Part shown: positions 12,217-23,918 of the stretch, in pieces
Position numbering within the stretch: the stretch's first letter is position 1
Layout: each line of letters starts with the position of its first letter
From: Octopus vulgaris
Lineage: Eukaryota
Assembly (NCBI GenBank): GCA_951406725.2
Contig: OX597823.1
Coordinates: 97,030,001-97,094,000, forward strand
Reading direction: 5' to 3'
DNA length: 64,000 nt
Made by a program: the position numbers and the translations under genes
Notes under the pieces: model-generated
Told to the model about the DNA's origin: nothing
Database searches by the model: none
Seen by the model: only the letters and a program-made list of their open reading frames with translations

Positions 12217-12840
12217 ATCATCATTTAAAGTCCGTTGTCCATGCTGGCATGGGTTTGACGGTTTGACCAGGGCTAGTAAGCTGGAAGGCTGCACCAGACT
12301 CCAGTCTGATTTGGCAAGGTTTCTACAGCTGGATGCCTTTCCTAGCGCCAACCACTCCGAGTGTGTAATGGGTGCTTTTATGTGCCACTGGTATGGGTGC
12401 CATTTGTGTGACACCGGTACCTTCCATGACTGCAATTTTGCTCAGTTTGATGGATCTTCTTCTCAAGCATGACATAATGCCAAAGGTCTCAGTCATTGCC
12501 TCCATGAGGCCCAACACTCAAAAGAAATGCAGCCACTTTGCCTCCTTGGGGCCCAGTGCTCAAAAGGAACTCAACCACTTTGCGTCCGTGAGGCCCAGTG
12601 CTTGAAAGGAACTCAGCCACTTTGCCTCTATGAGGTCCGATACTTGAATGGTGCTCTGTACATACCACTAGCATGGTTGCCAGTTACCTGGTACCAGCAT
12701 CAGCCATGACTGTGATTTCACTTGGCTTGATGGGTCTTCTCAAGCGCCGTGTACCGCCAAAGGTCTCGGTCACTAGTCATTGCCTCTGTGAGGCCCAAAG
12801 CTTGAAGATCATGCTTCACCACTTCATCCCATGTCTTCCT
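12217..12840 (-). mobile_element. RTE LINE 3' end containing a 42-bp tandem repeat
   Basis: ORF-end (WDEVVKHDLQALGLTEAMT) and 3' UTR homology; about 3.5 copies of a 42-bp unit at 12497-12650. Confidence 0.75.
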
Positions 12841-12904
12841 GCATCTGCCTCAACCACAAGCTCCCTCTAGGAGCAGAAATCCTAAAAACACGTACAGTGT
12901 ATGA

Positions 12905-13210
12905 TCTTGGGATTCATTTGAGCAACAATGCCTCGTTTCACATGCAGGGAAGATTGCATCAATGGAACAGCTGAGCTACTGGGACTCTACTCCCTAGAGT
13001 GAAGATGGGAGAAAACTACAACTTTACTCCCTGGAGCAAAGGCATGAGACATATGCAATTATCTACATATGGAAAACTCTAGAGGGGCTAGATCCTAATT
13101 TTGGCATTGAGTGTTATACAAATGCCAGAACATTCCACCATTGTATTGTACCAAAGATACCATCGACTCCATCTAGATGCAGGACCAGGTACTGCAATAG
13201 TCTAGGGTAG
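12905..13210 (+). mobile_element. CR1-type LINE fragment (RT C-terminus)
   Basis: DLGIHLSNNASFHMQ and LYSLEQRHETYAIIYIWKTLEGLDPNF. Confidence 0.55.
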
Positions 13211-13226
13211 GTAATCCAGATAGACA

Positions 13227-13272
<46 letters not shown>

Positions 13273-13833
13273 AAGACTGAAACACATGACCATATACACA
13301 CACAAGGAGATAGAAGTACACACACAAACTCATGGATATACAGAATACACATATATAAAAACGTACACACATACATATATATATGCATACACACACACAT
13401 ACACACACACATGCATACATACATACACACATACATACATATGTGTATACACATGCACACTTATGCACACACATGTGCACAAACAAACAAACAAAAAGAA
13501 TGCAGCTCTGTAGAGGTTGCAAGACACAACGAAATTTTAGAAAAAATAAATAAGTAAATGGGTGGAAATTAATTCAGTGAATGTGTTAATTAATAAGGCA
13601 TTAAAAGAGAACGACTCTCCTCAGACACAATACTATATGCGTGTGTGTGTGATTTGTAGAAAACACAAATCCGGAGAAGAAGCACCATCTAAGCTGTAGA
13701 GTGGTGTATATTTTAATGGGGAAGGCCAGTTTATGGAATTACCCTGAGTTTTCCATCCATAAAGGGTCTAGCTTTACGGCATATTGTCAGATCCCAAAAC
13801 CTGTTTTGAAGAGGTCTTAGGTCAACAGGTTTT

Positions 13834-13894
13834 GGGGTCTGACGATATGCCATAACGCTAAACCCTTTATGTTCAGGAAACTCAGGGTAATCCC
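13834..13894 (+). ncRNA. Type-I hammerhead ribozyme motif, intact core
   Basis: ggggt-CTGACGA-(stem II cataa/ttatg)-GAAA-CTCAGG-GTA-atccc. Stem I is ggggt/atccc. Lies in the right arm of the 13711-13918 inverted repeat. Confidence 0.7.
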
Positions 13895-14170
13895 ATAAAC
13901 CGGCCTTCCCCATTAAAACACACACACACATATATATATTTTCATATGTATATATATTTATATATGAACATATATATATGTATATATATATATTTATATA
14001 TGCATATATATGAATATGAATTTTATTTGTTAGGAAATAAAAATTCCGGCATAACAGAGGTTCAAATTATTCTCAATGAAGAAATATATTTTAATTTAGA
14101 GATAGTAGACCCCTACATCTCACCATATAAAAAAGAATTTTTATTTTAAATACCTACTGTTTTATTACTT

Positions 14171-14265
14171 GGCAACACGTGTTTCATGAGGTACATCCTC
14201 CGGTTACTAAACCACTCCGTGTTTTCCTGGGACCCTTCTTAAAATGTAACCCAAATCATCAGGCC
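14171..14265 (-). ncRNA. Type-I hammerhead ribozyme motif with long stem II
   Basis: Minus strand: ggc-CTGATGA-tt-tgggttacattt...ggatgtacctca-t-GAAA-C-ACGT-GTT-gcc. Within the 14084-14399 inverted repeat. Confidence 0.65.
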
Positions 14266-14396
14266 CTTATATCACTTTATCATGAGGATGTACCTCATGA
14301 AACACGTGTTGCCAAGTAATAAAACAGTAGGTATTTAAAATAAAAATTAATTTTATATGGTGAGATGTAGGGGTCTACTATCTCTAAATTAAAATA

Positions 14397-14461
<65 letters not shown>

Positions 14462-14608
14462 TTAGAGATAAAACCACTATTAAGCAAATCAAACAGTGAA
14501 AATCATAAACCAATACATAGAAATAAAATTAATTAATAAAATATAAAATTCAAAATTTAAATTTAAAGTTAAAATTTTTAAAATTATTTAAATAATTTAT
14601 ACCTATAA

Positions 14609-14680
<72 letters not shown>

Positions 14681-14701
14681 TTGTATGTATGTATGTATGT
14701 A

Positions 14702-14880
14702 TAGTGAGAAATTACAAAAAAAGCAAAAAACGAAGACAGGTGTGTAAACAACAAACAGATGTATTAGTTTAATGCTCAGGAAGTGAGAAAAATCTTTTAC
14801 ATTTCAAGCCTACGCTCTTCCACAGAAAGGAACACAGAAATAAACAGGGATAGAAAACAGAAAAAGGTACAGTGGCAACA
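14702..14880 (-). mobile_element. Short PLE-like terminal-repeat element with a decayed hammerhead (same family as 26430-26610)
   Basis: Minus strand cttt-CTGTGGA-a-gagc-gtag-gctt-GAAA-tgta-aaag at 14794-14829; flanked by (TA)n. Confidence 0.5.
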
Positions 14881-15102
14881 TATATATATATATATATATA
14901 AAATTAAATGGGTGGCTTAGTAATTTTGCCTTTATATATAATATAATATAATATACACATGTAATAAAATAGGATTTTTTCTCAGCAAGTACAAAAAATT
15001 TATTAAAATGAAATTGAAACTCAATAAAGAGTTGCTTTTTAAAACCTTTAGAAACATTCTCTTATTTTAGGGTGAAAAGCAAGGAGCATACCATTAACTT
15101 AC

Positions 15103-15193
15103 CATTAACAAGGCCATGCTATCTGGGGGCCACGTATCTTGATATTCTTTCGTTTCTTCAATATATGTGTAAGTGTGTGAAGTTTGTAATAAA
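15103..15193 (-). CDS. Internal coding exon (LLQTSHTYTYIEETKEYQDTWPPDSMALLM), probably the same gene as 317-462
   Basis: Acceptor is a poly(T) tract plus gcatctcag|; donor atg|gtaagt. The 91-nt open frame ends in phase 0, matching the phase-0 start of the 317-462 exon, and the join gives a continuous hydrophobic segment (SMALLMVQIICILIVAISGL). Confidence 0.65.
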
Positions 15194-15887
15194 CTGAGAT
15201 GCAAAAAAAAAAATGCATCAAATAAGTAGAAGATTTGAAGTAGGGTTTTTTTTTTTTTGCTAAATATAAATTTAATTTACCAGAAAACAGGATAACAGTT
15301 CTAAATAATTAAACCAATCCTTTTGAATTTAGTTGGATGTGAAGTGATTATGTATTTTCCATTCATCATTGATTGTCACGCATTCACACAAACAGGATTT
15401 TGTACTATAATAATTCTTTTGTTTTGCTCCCACACATCTGAATTTTATTTTCTAATTCTACAACAGTTTCAGCCATAAAAACAAGGTCATCAGCATCCAG
15501 AAACTTCCAGGAGCAACCTGGAAATCATAAATTTATCTCAAAGCAGATAATTAGAGTTTGTTGCAGTCCTCTGGTTTGCCAGCATCTGTTGAGCCATCCA
15601 ACCCATAGCAGACTGGAAAAGGAATGTTAAATAAATGATGTTGCTGGATGATGGTGATGAAATGCATATATATATATATATATATATATACAAAAAGGGG
15701 TTTGTATGATTGTGTGTAGAGGGATATATATTATTCAAAGACATACCAACTCTGTCTGTTTTTTATGTTTTATTTATATTCTTTATAATATTAATGTAGA
15801 ATATAGAATATATAGTATATATAGTAAAATGAAATGAAATATTGATTGTCTTATTGAATAGATGAAACGTTAAATATAAAATATTAG

Positions 15888-15931
15888 GGGACTAGTATAC
15901 TTTCATGCGTTATAGCAGTCTTCAAGGTCCC
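15888..15931 (-). ncRNA. Minimal hammerhead motif with one extra U in the core
   Basis: Minus strand gggac-CTTGAAGA-c-tgc-tataac-gca-t-GAAA-GTATA-CTA-gtccc. 5-bp stem I; palindromic stem III AGTATACT. Confidence 0.55.
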
Positions 15932-15952
15932 AGGTTGTGACAGGAGTGTTTC

Positions 15953-16006
<54 letters not shown>

Positions 16007-16449
16007 ATAAAATTCGATTAGAGTTTGTGTTAAGCTCATGAAGGGATGGTTTAATCCAAGAAAATACATTTTGGGAAATTAATTTCCTTATAATAATATA
16101 TATATATATGTATGTGCCAGCTTCTCTGGCCCCTGTGCCGTTGGCATGTAAAAAGCACCCACTACACACTTGCAGTGGGTGTTAGGAAGGGCATTCAGCT
16201 GTAGAAACATTGCCAGATCAGACTGAGGCCTAGTGTAGCCTCCTGGCTTCCCAGACCCCAGTCAAACTGTCCAACCCATGCCAGCATCAAAAACGGCCGT
16301 TAAACGATGATGATGATGAATTTATATTTATATTAAAGAAGAAAAAGAAAATAGAGATTGAGAAGTTAATAATTGTTTCTTCCCAACCTCCATTTGCTTT
16401 TTCTCCTTTGATATATATACACATATATATATATATATATAACGACGAC

Positions 16450-19125
16450 CAATGGTGGGCACCATTAATCGAAAAGTTAACTTCTATAACTGTTAATCAG
16501 TTAATTCTTTAAAAATGTAACAGAAGTTGTCAATGAACCGTTAATGTTAATTTTTATTATAGAAAAAAACGAAAAATCAGTTTTTGCTCTAAAGCCACCT
16601 AAAAACACCTTTAAAAAGTGCCAAAACTATAAAATCAGCCATTTTCGGTCTTTTAAAGGACTTTAGGACCCCAAAAATATAGGGTTTTTTTTTCCAATGT
16701 TAGAGTTAAAAAATGCTGATTTTATAGTTTTAACTTTTAAATGACCTAAAAAAAGGATGATTTCATAATTTTGGTCCTTTTTTTAGGTTTTTAAAGGATT
16801 TTATAGCTAGAAAAGTGTAAAAAAACACTCAAATGAAACACAGTATTAGTATTAAACTAAAAAATTTTATTGATAAAGTAGCTGTAAAAAAAAAAGATAA
16901 AAAAATGAAAAACATGATATATACATAATTTTATTTTTTCCTCTTTTTGTTCTCCATTTGGTTCATGAGATGCATGTTGCCCTTCATGAAAATTAGCAAG
17001 TCAAAGTTTTCATCAGAGAGGGATGATCTATTGACCCTCAAGGTGTCCTTGCCTATCATTTGGCTGTGTTGAACTTGATGAACAAGTTCACCAATACTTG
17101 CTCACCCAAGAAAGCAGCATCTGTTTGCAATTCCTTGGAGTTGGTCTCCAACCAGGTCTTGACCAAATTCTGGGCCTTGTCCTTGAGTGACCTGTGGCTC
17201 CTGCTGCTCTCTTTTGGCTGGGTGACACCACTGATGAAGTCATCCTTCCCCTCTTTGTTGTTGCTGCTCATTTAGTCAGACTGCTGCCTCAAGGCCTTAC
17301 CTTCCATACTTTTCCTCACCTTGGCGACTTTGATGTTGTCATACTTATCCAACCAGATGAGGTGAGATCTGGGGTGGAAGACAGCAGCCAGCTGGCATTC
17401 CTTATTTTCTAGGTTCGTCCTAAACCCTTTGTCGATGCCTGCCAAAAGTGTGTTGACCAAGGGGCTGCAGTAGACAAAGCCCTTGGACTTCAAGTCCACA
17501 GAGTCCCAAGGTAGGCTTGTCCCTGGATCTTGTCGAGTGCTTTGGCCACAGGTGACATGACCTGGAAATAAAATAATGGAGAATTATCAAATTTTAGAAA
17601 TTCAAATTTGTAGGGAAACAGACTAGTAAAAAATATATTATCAAATCAAATGTCAATATTAATTTTATAATTCAGTATCTGTAATATTATTATATCAATA
17701 ATTAATATATAATATATGTGTTTTGAAGGATTTATAATATAATGTGTGTCTAGAAACTGAAGTTCTTCAAGGTGCTCTGAATATTACCTGATCAAGTACT
17801 ACTTCAAGTTAGTAATGCAAATCAATGATTCACCTGCCCAATGTCCTCCTCAACATGGAGCTCTTGCTGGGGTCCAGCATCTTGATAAGCCTCTCGAATG
17901 TGTCAGATTCTACAATGTGGAGTGGCAGTATGTTGGCTATGAACAGGTCCACAATCCTTGATCCACAGCAGCCTGGGGTATGCCACTGTCAGTAGCAGCA
18001 ATGCCAAAGGAATCAGCAATGAGTTGCTGGCATGCTTTCTTGCCGGAGGGAAATGAAAACAGATTTGATAATTCTGAAATGCTGTTGCCACTGTTGGAAC
18101 CAGAAGAAAACCTCTTCTTGGCTTTTCCACGAGATGAACCTGCCTTGACCTTCTCCTCAAACTGCATGAACTTGGCTATGTGGGTCCTCTTGATGTGCAG
18201 CTTGAGGTTTGTCATATGCCCCTTGATTGGCACAGTCCCGGGCAGGCACAGCTTGCAGTTGAAAATAAACTTGTCTCCTTCCCTTGATTTGATCAAAAAG
18301 TAGTTGTCCAGTCGGGGCCAGTGGTTCTGAGCCTGTTCCTGCTGAGGTCCAGTGGCACTGGCAGTTTCAACCTCAATGATGTCAACAAATACAAATTTTT
18401 GAGATTCCGTCATCTAAAACCTTAAACAATATAAATATTTGAAACTATTATAAAACCTGTGGCTAATTAACGAATCAGATCTTACAATAATCAAAAATAT
18501 AATTTGGCCAAGCGAATACTAGAATATCAGAGGAATGTACACAAATGTTTGATATATTATAATAATGAAACTGGACTTATTTATTTTCTTTCAGTTAACA
18601 CTAAATGGTATCACTATAATAAGTCAGTCATGCTGTAACCCCATAATGGCCCTTCAGGGTGAAGGGAATCCTCTTTCTACTGGGACTTCTTTTTATATAT
18701 AGCACTGCATTGCATGCTGTGGTGCAATATCTTATTTCTTTATTAAAGAAATTTTTTTATGATTTATTAATAAAAAATAATTGCTTAAATATCTAATGCA
18801 TAAAATATCATTTTGAACTCACAAGTCTAAGTTTAATTGAAAAGTTATTTATAAAAGTCTGTGGCATTATATTGGGGTTGAAAGAATGATGCGTACAATA
18901 TTAAGTATGCTAATACTTTACATCTGTATTGAAAATCTGAAAATAATAGTAACTTTTAAGCATTTACTAGTTTTTAGGAAACTTTTGGGTTAGCAGACTT
19001 GGATTAACAGAAGTTGATTAGTCCAGTAATGAATTCCAAAGTTAACTTAAAAGTTAAATCGTTAACAAAAATGTTAACTTTGCTAATTAACAATTAATGG
19101 ATTAACAGTTTGTTACCCAGGTTTG
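16450..19125 (-). mobile_element. hAT-superfamily DNA transposon remnant (zf-BED, C-terminal dimerisation motif), apparently intron-containing
   Basis: NCKLCLPG...TNLKLHIKRTH (BED finger); LAAVFHPR; LFIKFNT...RSSLSDENFDLLIFMKGN. Subterminal gttaa-rich repeats at both ends; degenerate 8-bp TSD acgacgac/aaaacaac. Confidence 0.8.
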
Positions 19126-19359
19126 AAAACAACTCTGTGTGTGTATGTGTGTGTGTGTAGATAATATATATGTACGTATGTACATGCAAGTCTGGTGAAG
19201 TGCCACTCTAATGTCTAAAACTGCAAACATTATGTAAATGTTCACTTTGAATTTTTGTGTAAATTGGTTTTGCAAACAGAGTTGGTACCGAAACAAATGT
19301 CACAAATCATTAAAAATGTATTCAGGAATTTCTTTGTGTTATTATTTGGATTACATACA

Positions 19360-19868
19360 TACATGGTGGCTGCCCCTCATTATCGAGTATGGCCATTGCA
19401 CAAAGCTTAATCAATGTTGTTATCATGCAATGCCTGTGCAAGAAGATTTTTTTTTAAAGTGAGGAAAGGCTGTGCACTGAGTCAATCCCACTCACTAGGC
19501 AACAGCAGTCATAATCCGAAAAGAAGAACAAGTCAACATCATCGGTAACCACTGAGCCGCAGGTTTTATGTTGGAGTTATCCCAGTTACCTGAGTTACCT
19601 TCTCCTAGAAGGATGCCCTAACAAAGGCTAGGAGTCCTTCACTCACAATGGTTTAACCGCGCGATCGGGTATTCAGTCCGATTATTTCTATGTCCCCGCG
19701 CATGATATATCCTTAAGACATTTATTGGATCACCGTTGACTCTCAAGAGTTCCTTCGCCCTTTGATGGGTTTTGTTTTTCATCCCACAGGGTGTCTAATA
19801 AACACTCTCCTCACCAAGCAAGCTTGGTGGGGTTGCCAGTTTAGTCGCTGACGACCCAACCATGCAAC
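19360..19868 (-). mobile_element. Probable RTE-derived non-autonomous (SINE-like) element
   Basis: GC-richer, stem-loop-rich 5' part, and a 3' end ...gaggggcagcca followed by (GTAT)n, resembling RTE/BovB-type termini. Confidence 0.35.
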
Positions 19869-19954
19869 ATATGTTACAATTTAGAACAAATAGTAAAAGA
19901 TTGTCATTATAGTACTCGGAGTTTTGAATGTGGGAGAGAAGAGCTACGATGCAT

Positions 19955-20011
19955 TAGCTGACAAGAATGTATTGTCACTCTTCGCTCTGGCATTTGAAAC
20001 TCTGAGTACTA
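19955..20011 (+). ncRNA. Hammerhead motif with a G8>A core lesion, inside a fold-back element (19869-20052)
   Basis: tag-CTGACAA-gaatgt...gcattt-GAAA-CTCTGA-GTA-cta. Confidence 0.55.
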
Positions 20012-22057
20012 TAATGACAACCTTTTACTGTTTGTTCTAATTTATAACATATAAATAATCCTCTATTTCGCTAATATCAAGTTTTCATTCTTTTGTTGCT
20101 ATATCTTATTATTATTATTATATATTAATATATGTATTTATATTTATGTATGTGTGTGTAAGTACATGTGTATGTTTATAACTGTGTGCGTATGGGTGTG
20201 TTTGTGTCTCCTAGGTTTGAGATTGCACAATAGTTGTAAATGAGTGTCCCTGTCATACAGTGTCCTTCATTCCCAATTGTCCGGGAGAACATACCCAGCC
20301 CTGGGGAAATATTGTCTTGCTTTGAAACAGGTAAGGCTTGGTGACAGGAAGAGCATCCAGCTGCAGCAAATCAGCAAATCTTCGTCAGCTAATTCTGTCT
20401 GACCCACACAAGCAAGGAAAAGTGTATATTGAAATGATAATGATGATGATGAGCTTACAAGATTGCGTGTTTAAGGAGCTTGTTTCGCAATCTCATGGCC
20501 CCAGTTTCAATCTCATCATGTGGAACCTAGGGCAAGTATCTTCTATTACAGCTTGAGATTGACCTAAGACTAGTGAAAAAAACTTAAGTAGATGGAAACT
20601 GTATAGAAGCCTGTTCGACTAGATTACTCCTGTTGTTGGTTGGTAGATTTAAGTAACAATTCAATTCTTCAGCAAGTTTAACATCACCACCTCTCTTTTG
20701 GATGATTTTATTGGAGTCTACTTGGGGCAAAGAATTCAGAAAAGACATGAACTTCATTTATCATCTTCATACTTGGCTTCCTACTGAAAAAAAACCCCAA
20801 TGGAATGAGTTTTTTCCTTCTCTTGCCCCAGTTTTCGAAGATCACTAATACTGTTTTTTTCTATTAAACCTTTTCATATTTGCCTGTCTGAAACTGTTGC
20901 TTGTCTTGTGACATAAAATACCTCTTTTAAAGTGATTAAAATTCTTTAATGTGATTAAAATTCTTTCTGAAACAGGAATTCCTGTTTCACAATGACAAAA
21001 AAAAACCTTTGTTGGCATTTAGTCACATGTATTGGAATAGAAATAATTATAATTGTGAAGAATTTGTATTGCTTATCATCAGATATACACCACCACCATC
21101 ATCATCATCATTGTTTAATGCCAGTTTCATATGTCAGCATGAGTTGATGGTTTGACGAGAGGTGACAAGGCCAGGAGTTGTATAAGGCTCCATTGTCTGT
21201 TTTGGCTTGGCTTCTACAGCTGGATGTCCTCCTCGCTAATGCCTACCATTTCACAGAGTGTACCTAGTGCTTTTTTATGTGGCACCATCATGGGTACTTC
21301 TTATATGGTACCAATACCAACAGTGCCACCCAGTACCTTGCAAAACAAAGAAAAAGAAAAAAAAATCTTTATTATCTTTCCCTTGCTTCAGCCTTTGAAT
21401 TTTTAGTCAAATGAATTTTTTAAAACCTGGTACTTATACTATCGATCTCTTTTGCTGAACCACTAGGTTACAAGAATGTAAACATGCCAAGTGGTGGTGG
21501 AGGGACAAACCTGAATAGAAAGACATGCACACATAAATGAGCTTCTTTCAGTTTCCTTCTAGCAAAGTCACTGACAGGGCTTTGGTCGGCCTTAGGCTGT
21601 AGTAGAAGACACCTGCTCAAGGTGTCACACAGTGGGACTGAACCTAGAATCATGCGGTTGTGAAGCAAGCTTCTTACCACACAGCCATGCCTGCACCTAC
21701 ACTGAATTATTTTCCTGATGAGAGAACACAATGATGTAATTGTGAAAATAATATGCGTGTATTTAATGATAGAGTTTGATAATAATGTGATAACAGTGGT
21801 GATATAGTAATGCTAAATCCTCTGATGGGGGTTTAAGCTTTTGTATCAGATGATATTTTGTCATTTTTAATTAAACGAAGATATTTATAAAGAACCAGCT
21901 AATGCTTTTTCTTAAGATCAACGTATGATGGTTGTAAGATAATTCCTAAGAAAGAAGTAACTGCAGAAGATGCTTGGACTGGATTAAAATGATGATGATG
22001 ACAATGACGATGATGGCAGTGGTGGAGGTGGTGGTGATGATGATGATGATATTAGGT

Positions 22058-22260
22058 ACGTCGCCTTTCATCCCCCTTCAATGAGGTCATTGACTTTTAT
22101 GACTCAAAGAAACACAATCACATAGTGCTCATGTAGGCATGTGTCTCTTTGTCTCGACAGCATGCAATAGTTGTTTATGATTGCCATCATGACACAAGTG
22201 GTGTTGTGAGTATTTGTCACAGAAGACAATGACCTCATTGAAGGAGGATGTAAGGGGATA
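22058..22260. mobile_element. MITE with about 40-bp TIRs (Tc1/mariner-like, TA ends)
   Basis: tttcatcccccttcaatgaggtcattgactt ... aagacaatgacctcattgaaggaggatgtaa are inverted copies. Confidence 0.6.
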
Positions 22261-23818
22261 TATGTCCTTGGTTCAGGAGCTGCTATAATTGCACCTAATA
22301 GAACCATAAATGCTGTTACAAAGAACAACTTGAATTTCAGGATAATGAATGGTCCCATTCAACTGAAGCTGTGACCATTTATTGCAGTACACTCAATATT
22401 CTATCCTCCTCTAGGCACAGGGCCCGAAATTTTGGGGGAGAGGGCCAGTTGATTAGAACAACCCCAGTATGTAATTAGTACTTAATTTATTGACTCCAAA
22501 AAGATGAAAGGAAAAGTCGACCTTGGTGGAAACTGAACTCAGAACATAAAGACAGACGAAATACCGCTAAGCATTTCACCCTGCATGCTAATGTTTCACT
22601 TTTGACATGTAATATTGAAATAGTGTAAGAGATAAGAGATTGCTTTAGGCTCGCATTAGGAAAGGAGTTGAAAATTTTTTTGGCCCATGACACTGCATGG
22701 AGCCTAAGTAAGGCACGAGTAAAATTTGAATGAAATTGGTTGTGGAATTCTCAAGTTGTAGGGATTCACACAGACAGACACACATTCTTATTTTTATATA
22801 TACAAATTTCCCCCACTTGTATCATCTGACATGTTTGTTTATATTCACGAGTTCCTATTTTCCGTGTTTTATTTTTTAGTATAAATTTTTTTTAGAAATA
22901 GCTGAATCTTCCTAATTTTTTCCCCATTTCATTTATTTTGGATATATTTCCCATTTTCATAAATTTTTTAGAAATTAGGCATCATTTTCTTGGATAAGTA
23001 TGCTTCTAAAGAAGTGGCAAAAATTGTATGCATATCGTTGCACAGATGTGGTGGGTTCAAATCCTTGGCGAATTGAGAGTAGTCTATTTATGTTGGAGGT
23101 GTGGAATTTCAAGGAAAAAATTGTAAGAAAAAGCAACTTAAGTCAAAGAGAGCACACGTCAAATTTGGTGAAATTCAGTTGAAAATTGTAGGAGTAGACG
23201 TGGTTCACACAACACACAGACAACTTGCTTTTAATATATACTCTCATATATGTGTGTGTGTGTGTGTGTGTGCACGCGTGCGCGTGTGTATACATGTGTG
23301 TATGTTTGTATGACTGTGTTTGTCCTCCCACCATCACTTGACAACCGATGTCGGTGTGTTTACATCCCCGTAACTTAGCGCTTTGGCAAAAGGGACCGAT
23401 AGCTTAAGTACTAGGCTTATAAAGAATAAGTCCTGGAGTTTTATTTTCGTCTCTATTTTTATTTCATTATTATTTCATCATTATTTCATCATTATTATTT
23501 CATCATTATTTCATTTTTATTTTGTATTTGTTTATTTGCAATTCTTTATTCATTATTCGTAACTTTTATTTGTAATTTTCACTTGTATTTTTTCTCTTTA
23601 AATTTTTTTCCTTAAATGTTTATTCCTTGAATTCTTATTCCTTAAATTTTTACTCCTTAAATTTTTAATATTCAGTTATTATTTTTATTTATTATTTGTA
23701 TTTCTATTCATTTGTATATGTTAAGTAAGATTATATTGAAGATATAAAGTATCATGGAGGTATATAAGAGGTAATGTGTAAAGGTATATAAGAGGTAATG
23801 AAAAATGTTGAGGAATCC

Positions 23819-23918
23819 AGACCTGAAGACTGGGAGTATGTCGACCTGATTAAGTATTGAAACTAGATACGTTGTATCTAATCAATACCGACGTACTTTC
23901 ATGAAACACGTGTAGTCT
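23819..23918 (+). ncRNA. Type-I hammerhead ribozyme motif with extended multi-segment stem II
   Basis: agac-CTGAAGA-c-[tgggagtatgtcg/cgacgtactttca 13 bp including 3 G-U; gtattga/tcaatac; tagatac/gtatcta]-t-GAAA-C-ACGT-GTA-gtct. Predicted cleavage after 23914. Confidence 0.8.

Noticed and set aside
13114-13527. Cys/Val/Tyr- or His/Thr-rich ORFs (also 28534-28953, 37768-38249, 50901-51122)
   Set aside because: Translations of (CA)n/(TA)n microsatellites, not genes.
15430-15520. Apparent minus-strand exon after tttccag
   Set aside because: Translates as GCSWKFLDADDLVFMAE, a decayed RTE RT fragment.
16030-16075. ctcatga...ggat/atcc...gaaa hammerhead-like string
   Set aside because: Core G5 is altered and there is no stem I pairing.
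19730-19860. Possible HDV-like ribozyme on the minus strand (gggcgaagg after a stem)
   Set aside because: I could not build P1, P3/L3 and P1.1; only simple hairpins are supported.
21833-21980. Minus-strand frame QASSAVTSFLGIIL...KKH*LVLYKYLRLIK with one TAG (stop-to-Trp editing idea)
   Set aside because: No convincing donor site, no recognisable homology, and short enough to be chance.
22104-22358. ORF resembling a signal peptide (FFVTAFMVLLGAIIAA)
   Set aside because: It runs into a MITE and has no good splice donor; not supportable as an exon.
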